A stretch of 64,000 nt of DNA from NCBI GenBank assembly GCA_049325595.1, contig JBMOLF010000007.1:32001-96000 (forward strand). The letters are read 5' to 3'. Position 1 is the first letter of the stretch; each line of letters begins with the position of its first letter. The position numbers and the translations under genes are program-made. Source of the DNA: Candidatus Babelota bacterium. Its GTDB lineage: Bacteria > Babelota > Babeliae > Babelales > Vermiphilaceae. The notes under the pieces were generated by a model. That model did no database searches and was not told where the DNA came from. It saw only the letters and a list, made by a program, of their open reading frames with translations. Shown one piece after another: positions 57,613-64,000 of the stretch.

Positions 57613-57819
57613 TTATTGATAACGGTTAGTCTTCTTGGGATTAGAAGGATTTTGATGGCCTTGTCTGCCATGACCGCGACGCCATTGATCTTTATGAGCT
57701 GAAGTCATAATTCTACTGATTTCTTTAGAGCCTTCAGACATTTTTTTTTCGTTTGAATTCATCAAATTTTTCCAAGATTGACGTAATCGTTGGTTAACGC
57801 TTTTTATAAATTTTTTCAT
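57613..57819 (-). CDS. Small basic hypothetical protein
   Basis: AAGGAG RBS; 68 aa. Confidence 0.55.
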   Translation of the reverse strand: MKKFIKSVNQRLRQSWKNLMNSNEKKMSEGSKEISRIMTSAHKDQWRRGHGRQGHQNPSNPKKTNRYQ

Positions 57820-57964
57820 GTGTGCTCTCCTTGTTTATTACAAATAATAACTTATTTTGACGCATGGTTTCAATGTTTTTGTTTATAAATAAAATAAAAT
57901 TTGGCAAAAAAGGAATTTTGATTTAAGGTAAAAAATATTTTTATCAATAATTTTATTTGTAATT

Positions 57965-58942
57965 ATGCTTTATAAAAACAGTATCCGCTGGTTACGTTGG
58001 CTTACGCGCTTTATCTATTTGCAACTTTTTATAACTCTTATTTCATTGCCCATATTGCTTTGCTGGGGCATTCCTTTATCATTGGCTTCATTCTTGGGGA
58101 ATTTATTTTTTGCACCTTTTCTATCGGTGATTCTTTTAATTGCCTCATTTATTTTTTTCTTTCAATTGATTGGTGTTTCAGCTGCCTGGCTTGCTGGAAT
58201 CTTAGAGATTATCATAGCTTTTTGGATGCGTATTTTATCGGTGGGCTCGAATAATTGGCTTATTGGTTTTAAACAGCCTATAGTAATTGTTTTAATAATT
58301 ATTGTTTTGGGAACTCTTGCCATTGTTCATAGCAGAAAGATTAAAAATATATATCAAGGAACTATAGCCTTGAGCTTATTTTTACTACTGATAGTAGGGC
58401 ATCTTAAATGGGTACAAGTACCGCAGGTTGTTACTTTTTCAGTACCCTATAAAAATAAAGATCTTCCTGTCGTGTATGCCGAATCTCTTGCTCTTATTGT
58501 TCCCAATATAAATTTTTATCCGTTATCTTCACTGCCTAAATGGATTGAATACACGCTTATTCCAGAATTGGTTAAAAATTGTGGAGTAATGAATCTTGAT
58601 TGTTTAATAATAATCAAAAATAACAATCAAGAAGTTAATGAATTTGTTGAGCTTTTTAAAAGCTACCTTACGGTAAAAAACGTTATGGTAATACGTGTAT
58701 TATCTGATTCTATCATGGTTAATAATGAGCCTATTTTAAATTCGGATTATGAGTATCATGCATCTGATTTTGTAAAAATAATAATCAAAAAAGATGCGTA
58801 TTCTAAGTTGTTTGAAATTACGTTAACCATTGACAATAAAACAACGACTCTCTATTCTCCCAAGCTAAGAACACGCACGAAATTCAAGCAAAAAGGGAGC
58901 ATTCATGAATCACAAAAAAGTTTTGCTCGTCATTGCCTATGA
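57965..58942 (+). CDS. Membrane protein resembling the C-terminal part of the ComEC competence domain
   Basis: ISLPILL..G..SLASFLGNLFFAP pattern; several TM helices then a soluble domain. Confidence 0.5.
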   Translation: MLYKNSIRWLRWLTRFIYLQLFITLISLPILLCWGIPLSLASFLGNLFFAPFLSVILLIASFIFFFQLIGVSAAWLAGILEIIIAFWMRILSVGSNNWLIGFKQPIVIVLIIIVLGTLAIVHSRKIKNIYQGTIALSLFLLLIVGHLKWVQVPQVVTFSVPYKNKDLPVVYAESLALIVPNINFYPLSSLPKWIEYTLIPELVKNCGVMNLDCLIIIKNNNQEVNEFVELFKSYLTVKNVMVIRVLSDSIMVNNEPILNSDYEYHASDFVKIIIKKDAYSKLFEITLTIDNKTTTLYSPKLRTRTKFKQKGSIHESQKSFARHCL

Positions 58943-59441
58943 CGGTTATCAACCAGTGGAATATGGTATTCCTAAAAAAACATTGCAGCAAGCAGGTTTT
59001 CAAGTAGTTACTGCAAGTAATAAAGCGGGAATTGCTACGGCTAAAGATCAATCAACAACTAATGTTGATATTACACTTGAGCAGGTAAATGTTGCTGATT
59101 ATGAAGGTATTTTTTTTGTGGGTGGACCAGGAGCTTTAGACAATCTTGATCATGAAGCAAGCTACGATCTTATTAACCAAGCATTTAGGCAAGAAAAAAT
59201 TATTGGTGCCATTTGCATTGCTACGCGAATTTTGGCTGCATCCGGTGTTTTAACGGCACATGCAGCAACCGGATGGGATGGTGATGATAAGCTTGCTGAT
59301 ATTTATCGTGAGTATGAAGTTTATTACTTGCCAGATCAAAAAGTAGTAACGCAAGGTAACATTATTACGGCAACAGGGCCTGAGGCAGCACAAGATTTTG
59401 CTGACCAGATAGTGCGTATGCTTACCCGACCTTTACCGTGA
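58905..59441 (+). CDS. DJ-1/PfpI family protein
   Basis: YQPVEY, FFVGGPG, GAICIA (catalytic Cys), IITATGP. Confidence 0.92.
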   Translation: MNHKKVLLVIAYDGYQPVEYGIPKKTLQQAGFQVVTASNKAGIATAKDQSTTNVDITLEQVNVADYEGIFFVGGPGALDNLDHEASYDLINQAFRQEKIIGAICIATRILAASGVLTAHAATGWDGDDKLADIYREYEVYYLPDQKVVTQGNIITATGPEAAQDFADQIVRMLTRPLP

Positions 59442-60872
59442 TAACCATGAGTAGATTTTTTGCGCTATTTTTATCCATTGATTAGCTTTCGTGCGTTCAA
59501 TATATGCTTTTTTTGCAGCTTGCCATATCACATCAGAATAAGCAGGATAAGCGTGCATGACATGGTAAAAATCTACAAAAGAAATATTATATACTTTGCC
59601 TAGTTGCACTTGGCCAATAAGTTCTCCTGCGCGCGCGCCAGCAATATGAGCGCCAATAAGTTTTCCTTTTTTGTTACATATAAAAATGGCACGACCTTTT
59701 TTATTTTGATCGGTAAATGAGCGATCAATGGCCAAATAATCGCGCCGATAAATTTTTATTGAATTGCCATATATTTTTTTAGCTTGGGCAATAGTTAAGC
59801 CCGCATGTGCAAGTTCTGGGTCACAAAAGGTAACCCAGACAATATTGGTATAATCAACCTTCTTTTTAAAAAGGGGAATGCACGCATTGTAAGTTGCAAT
59901 GACTGCTTGATATTCAGCAACATGGCTAAACAGGTAAGGCCCAGCAACATCACCAGCAGCATAAATATTTTTAGTGGTTGTTTGCAACTTGTTATTAACA
60001 AGAATACCACTTTTTTGATACTCAATGCTCGCAGCTTCTAAGTGAAGATTTTCAATATTAGGAACTCGTCCAGTAGCAACTAATAATTGTTCAGCTTGAA
60101 TAATAATGGTGGTGCCAAAGTGCAGCCTGCACTGCAATTTAATAATGTTGTCTTGTTGGGAAACTTCTTTTGCTGTTGCATTTACCAGAATGGTTGCGCC
60201 ATCAGCGACTAATTGGTCGTGAACAATTTTTGCAAGTTCTGGTTCTTCTTGCGGTAGAATGTGAGCATGTTGTTCAATTAAATATACTTTTACGCCTAAT
60301 CGCGTAAGTGCACATGCCATTTCTACGCCGACAGGACCAGCGCCGAGAATAATAAGTGATTGAGGTAAGGTAGTTGGTTGAAATAACGTTTGGTTAGTAA
60401 GGTATGGCACTTTTTCAATACCGCTAATGGAAGGAATGGCTGGACGTGAACCAGTGACAATAATAATTTTAGCTGCGGTAATATTACGATTGTTTGTTTG
60501 CAACGTATGGTTATCTAAAAATTGAGGAGCTTCAAAAAGTACGGTAATACCAAGTTTTTCTAATGATTCTGGTGTGTGATTATTAGCAACCTCAGTTATA
60601 GTTTTTTTTACTAGATCCATAATCAATGACGAGTCGATAGAAAGTGGTTTTTTTGGCAATCCATATTTTTCTGCATGCATAATTTCATGGGCAGCTTGTG
60701 CACAACGCAATATTGTTTTGCTAGGAATGCATCCCGTATTGGTACATTCTCCTCCTAACTTATTTTTTTCAAACAAAATTACTTTTTTACCCATGCCTGC
60801 GGCAAATTTTGAAGCAACAAGTCCCGCCGCACCACCCCCAATAATGGCTATATCGTAATCATATTTTTTCAT
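59433..60872 (-). CDS. Pyridine nucleotide-disulfide oxidoreductase (Lpd/MerA-like)
   Basis: IIGGGAAG, GGECTNTGCIPSK, ILGAGPVG, ATGR, YAAGD, HAYP. Confidence 0.9.
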   Translation of the reverse strand: MKKYDYDIAIIGGGAAGLVASKFAAGMGKKVILFEKNKLGGECTNTGCIPSKTILRCAQAAHEIMHAEKYGLPKKPLSIDSSLIMDLVKKTITEVANNHTPESLEKLGITVLFEAPQFLDNHTLQTNNRNITAAKIIIVTGSRPAIPSISGIEKVPYLTNQTLFQPTTLPQSLIILGAGPVGVEMACALTRLGVKVYLIEQHAHILPQEEPELAKIVHDQLVADGATILVNATAKEVSQQDNIIKLQCRLHFGTTIIIQAEQLLVATGRVPNIENLHLEAASIEYQKSGILVNNKLQTTTKNIYAAGDVAGPYLFSHVAEYQAVIATYNACIPLFKKKVDYTNIVWVTFCDPELAHAGLTIAQAKKIYGNSIKIYRRDYLAIDRSFTDQNKKGRAIFICNKKGKLIGAHIAGARAGELIGQVQLGKVYNISFVDFYHVMHAYPAYSDVIWQAAKKAYIERTKANQWIKIAQKIYSWLSR

Positions 60873-61134
60873 ATTTTTTTCCTTTTTTTTAAACATTAAA
60901 AATTATCAACAGCTTGGAGCAATAATTCAGGGAATAATCTTGCAAAATTAGGATAGTTTCTAAAAATCATGAACCAAATAGATTTTGATGCAAAATCTAA
61001 ATTCGACCTCTGCATTTTTTATTATTTTGTAAATTTTTTCTTTTATTTCTAATCCTCTTATTCATTGAGATTATATGGCCATATTTGCTATTATAAAATA
61101 AATTGAGTGTGTAATTAGAAAAAAAGGAAAAAGT

Positions 61135-61839
61135 ATGAAGTTTTCAATGAATAAAAAGTTACTAGCATTAGTAGCGCTTCTTATTTCACTTGTTGGTGAA
61201 ATTGATGCGCGAGGTGGCATTGGCTTTGGTATTGGATTTGGTGCTGGCCCTGGCTGGGGTTGGGGTAGAAGAGGTTACTGGGGCGCTCCTGGATGGGGAT
61301 GGGGTCCTGGTATTGGTTTTGGTATAGGGTTTGGTGGTGGTCGCCGTTATTATCGAGAGCCATACTATGATTATTACGATTATGATGATTATTATGAGCC
61401 AGATGTAGTTTACACAACACCACGCCGTAAATATAGAACATACCAATCAAGCTATGAAAACCCAATTACCTTTACCGATGAAGTAGTAACTTATAGCAAC
61501 CCGGGTAATAATCCAGGATCATATAGTTACGAGCCGTATGTAAGTCAAAAACAATATTTAGATCAAACTGGTAGTACTAACTGGAAATTTTACAATGACA
61601 CCCCTTACACAATTCGTATTCGCGCATTGCGTGGTGGTGGGCGTGAAACAATAAAACCAGGCGATTCTAAAGAGGTATCTCGTGGAGAGAGTTTCCAGTT
61701 CTTAGCAAAGTCAGATAAAGGTCATCGGCAATTATTTGAAGGTCAAGATCATAGTATTTCAATCATAGAAGAAAATGGTCAATTAACGGCCGTTGAAAAA
61801 ACGAATGGAACTACACTTAACAAGGAGAGTATCAAATGA
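61135..61839 (+). CDS. Exported Gly/Trp/Tyr-rich protein with C-terminal beta domain
   Basis: Signal peptide ending IDA then RGG; GIGFG and GWG repeats. Confidence 0.75.
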   Translation: MKFSMNKKLLALVALLISLVGEIDARGGIGFGIGFGAGPGWGWGRRGYWGAPGWGWGPGIGFGIGFGGGRRYYREPYYDYYDYDDYYEPDVVYTTPRRKYRTYQSSYENPITFTDEVVTYSNPGNNPGSYSYEPYVSQKQYLDQTGSTNWKFYNDTPYTIRIRALRGGGRETIKPGDSKEVSRGESFQFLAKSDKGHRQLFEGQDHSISIIEENGQLTAVEKTNGTTLNKESIK

Positions 61840-62102
61840 AAAAACAATTGATGCTCTTATTTGGGTTAATAGGGTGTTTATCAGCTGAGTTAACCTATGC
61901 AGCCCCAGTGGGTGTATATTTTGGTTTTGGTGGAACACCATATTATAACTATTACCCTTACTATTACAATTATCCTTCTTGGTATGCGTATAACTACCCT
62001 TATTATTATGGGGTCCCATACAAAGGATTTTATCCCACTCGTTATGCGCGATGCAAATATAAATGCCCAAGACGCAATCGTTGCGTTAGGTCTTGTCGTT
62101 AA
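61836..62102 (+). CDS. Small exported Tyr-rich peptide with CX3C-X5-CX3C tail
   Basis: AAGGAG RBS; signal peptide; YYNYYPYYY; CKYKCPRRNRCVRSCR. Confidence 0.72.
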   Translation: MKKQLMLLFGLIGCLSAELTYAAPVGVYFGFGGTPYYNYYPYYYNYPSWYAYNYPYYYGVPYKGFYPTRYARCKYKCPRRNRCVRSCR

Positions 62103-62125
62103 AAATTTTTTAAAGGAGAGAGAAA

Positions 62126-62503
62126 ATGAAGAAATTATTAGTTAATGCATTTTTTATGATGTTAGTTCTTGTAGCAATGAGTATTGATGCACGTGGTGGT
62201 CATGGTGGCGGTGGCCGTGGTGGATTCCATGGCGGTGGTCATCGTGGTGGCGGATTCCATCATGGCGGTGGTCACGGCGGTTATCATCATGGCGGACATG
62301 CTGGTTACCATCATGGTGGTTATGGGCGTCGTGGCTATTATGGTGGCGGCTACTATGGCGGCGGTTACTGGGGCCCAGGTTGGGGCTATGGCGCAGGTTT
62401 AGCAACCGGTGCTGTTATTGGCGCTGCTGCTTCATCAGGTAACGGTGATACAGTTATTGTTGATGAAAATCCAGAATATGTAGAAGAAGCTGATTCATAT
62501 TAA
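62126..62503 (+). CDS. Exported Gly/His/Tyr-rich protein
   Basis: AAGGAG RBS; signal peptide ending IDA then RGG; GGHGG and GGYY repeats; GLATGAVIGAA. Confidence 0.75.
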   Translation: MKKLLVNAFFMMLVLVAMSIDARGGHGGGGRGGFHGGGHRGGGFHHGGGHGGYHHGGHAGYHHGGYGRRGYYGGGYYGGGYWGPGWGYGAGLATGAVIGAAASSGNGDTVIVDENPEYVEEADSY

Positions 62504-62523
62504 GAATAAAGCAAGGGTCAGTA

Positions 62524-62787
62524 ATGAAAAAGCTACTAATTATTTTTATGCTGATAACGATTGCCAGCACCATTAATGCGCTTGATTATAGTGATGCAGA
62601 GTATGATAATCAATTTAATCAAACGAATATGCAGCCAGAACAATCGGTATATACCAATAGTTATTATGGTACCCCATCATTGGGTATAGGTGGTAATCAA
62701 CCATTACAAAATAATCAGCAAATACCGTCAGCTGATCCTTATGCAACGCCCGAATATCCGTACACTGATGCGGATATTATTGAATAA
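62524..62787 (+). CDS. Small exported Asn/Gln/Tyr/Pro-rich acidic protein
   Basis: Signal peptide ending INA; low-complexity mature part. Confidence 0.65.
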   Translation: MKKLLIIFMLITIASTINALDYSDAEYDNQFNQTNMQPEQSVYTNSYYGTPSLGIGGNQPLQNNQQIPSADPYATPEYPYTDADIIE

Positions 62788-62802
62788 AAAAGGTTTTTTA
62801 TC

Positions 62803-63948
62803 ATGAATAGAAAGTCAACATTTTTAGCCCTTATACTTTTAGCATTAAGTATTGTGGGGTTACAAATAACTACGCGAGACGGTCGCGGCGGTGGTCGTGG
62901 CGGTGGCGGAGGTTTTCGCGGTGGCGCAGCCATGCGTGGAGGCGGTTTTAGAGGTGGTGGTTTTGCAGGTGGCCAAATAAGTCGTCCTGGTGGATTCCGT
63001 GGTGGTAGTGTCGGAGCTGCACGTGGTGGTTTTACTAGACCTAGTTTTGGAGCAGGCAGAACAATTTCAAGGCCGGTAGGGCCAACTCGTTTTGTTGGCA
63101 CACGTCCGGCTGGTATATCACGACCAATTAGTCGTCCAGGTTTTCAACGTCCTATCGGAATACGACCAGGCGTTACCAGACCAATTGGTACCATAAGACC
63201 TGGAATTTCACGACCAATTGGCGCTCGTCCGGGAATAGTAAGCCCAGGTATTATTACAAGGCCTGGCATACGTCCTGGCGCACCAGGATTACGACCAGGT
63301 GTTGGGCGCCCAATCGGCACGAGACCTGGAATTGGACGGCCGGGAATAGGTAGACCCGGATTACGTCCCGGCGGTGTAAGACCAGGAGGTATTCGTCCAG
63401 GACTTTCACGACCTGGATTAGTAAAACCAGGAGCAGGAAGGTTTTATGCTGGCAAATTTGCAAAACATGGATTAGTGTCACCTAAATTTGGTAATCAATG
63501 GCAATGGAGACGAGGTTTTCACCATAGACACGCATTCCATGATTTTAGATTTGGTTTTGCTCCCTATTGGTGGAATTGGAGTTTATGGGGGCCTTGGTGG
63601 TTACCGTGGTGGTGGTATCCATGGTTTGATTATTATGATCCATCAGTTAATGTAACAGTAGCTCCACAAGAGCCAACTCAATATGTGGTAACTGAATCAT
63701 ATGTTGAACCTGAATATAAAGATTATTACCTGGTAACTAATAAAACATCGGATTATATTTTTGTAATTCCAGTTGATGGCGGCAATGGAGTAATTATTGC
63801 CCCACAAGAAACTAAATCAGTTTCACGTGATCCTGAATATAAGTTACGCGTTGAAACAACACAAGGTGATTCAACTGAAATTCAAACGGATGCACGTAAA
63901 CTAGAGATTTATGAAGAAAATGGATTGATTCAAATTGCGCAGGTATAG
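62803..63948 (+). CDS. Exported RGG- and RPG-repeat protein with Trp-rich segment and C-terminal beta domain
   Basis: Signal peptide; about 20 xRP(G/I)x pentapeptide-like units; WWLPWWWYPW. Confidence 0.78.
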   Translation: MNRKSTFLALILLALSIVGLQITTRDGRGGGRGGGGGFRGGAAMRGGGFRGGGFAGGQISRPGGFRGGSVGAARGGFTRPSFGAGRTISRPVGPTRFVGTRPAGISRPISRPGFQRPIGIRPGVTRPIGTIRPGISRPIGARPGIVSPGIITRPGIRPGAPGLRPGVGRPIGTRPGIGRPGIGRPGLRPGGVRPGGIRPGLSRPGLVKPGAGRFYAGKFAKHGLVSPKFGNQWQWRRGFHHRHAFHDFRFGFAPYWWNWSLWGPWWLPWWWYPWFDYYDPSVNVTVAPQEPTQYVVTESYVEPEYKDYYLVTNKTSDYIFVIPVDGGNGVIIAPQETKSVSRDPEYKLRVETTQGDSTEIQTDARKLEIYEENGLIQIAQV

Positions 63949-63971
63949 CGTAGACACTGTGCGATGGGTAT

Positions 63972-64000
63972 AGGGGTGCTTTAAATGGCACCCCTTTTTT
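63972..64000 (+). terminator. Intrinsic terminator closing the Gly-rich cluster
   Basis: AGGGGTGCT-ttaaat-GGCACCCCT followed by a T-tract. Confidence 0.85.

Noticed and set aside
59433..60872. Mercuric reductase MerA
   Set aside because: It lacks the C-terminal Cys-Cys pair and there is no mer operon context.
62154..63481. GC-rich patch as a horizontally acquired island, plus His/Pro-rich alternate-frame ORFs
   Set aside because: The GC rise is explained by Gly/Arg/Pro codons that keep AT-rich third positions; the alternate ORFs are by-products of the repeats.

Overview
AT-rich bacterial chromosomal segment with no prophage, integrase, CRISPR array or rRNA. Housekeeping genes are scattered and mostly not in their usual operons: secA (partial), pgeF, rsmE, tsaB, ruvX, murE, hppA, polA, rpmA, secF, rho, tsaD, smpB plus tmRNA, a P-type ATPase, skp, prs, pth, alaS and tkt. 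They are interleaved with many signal-peptide-bearing ankyrin-repeat and orphan proteins. By inference this architecture fits an intracellular parasite of protists, most likely Babelota (TM6/Dependentiae). The most interesting observations are: (1) a small stand-alone GIY-YIG nuclease gene directly downstream of tmRNA, flanked on both sides by paired CTTCG/CTACG-type palindromes, which looks like a REP/REPIN-type system built around a GIY-YIG nuclease instead of a RAYT transposase; (2) an 8-gene tandem array of exported ankyrin proteins with F-box-like N-termini and an unnamed conserved helical domain; (3) a recurrent Met-Glu/Asp placed exactly after predicted signal peptides; (4) other eukaryote-mimic motifs (C-terminal CaaX, NLS, BC-box-like, partial RING); (5) a 5-gene cluster of exported Gly/Tyr/Arg-rich low-complexity proteins; and (6) a 59-aa zinc-ribbon gene missing from the ORF track. 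All calls were made by eye, without database searches.
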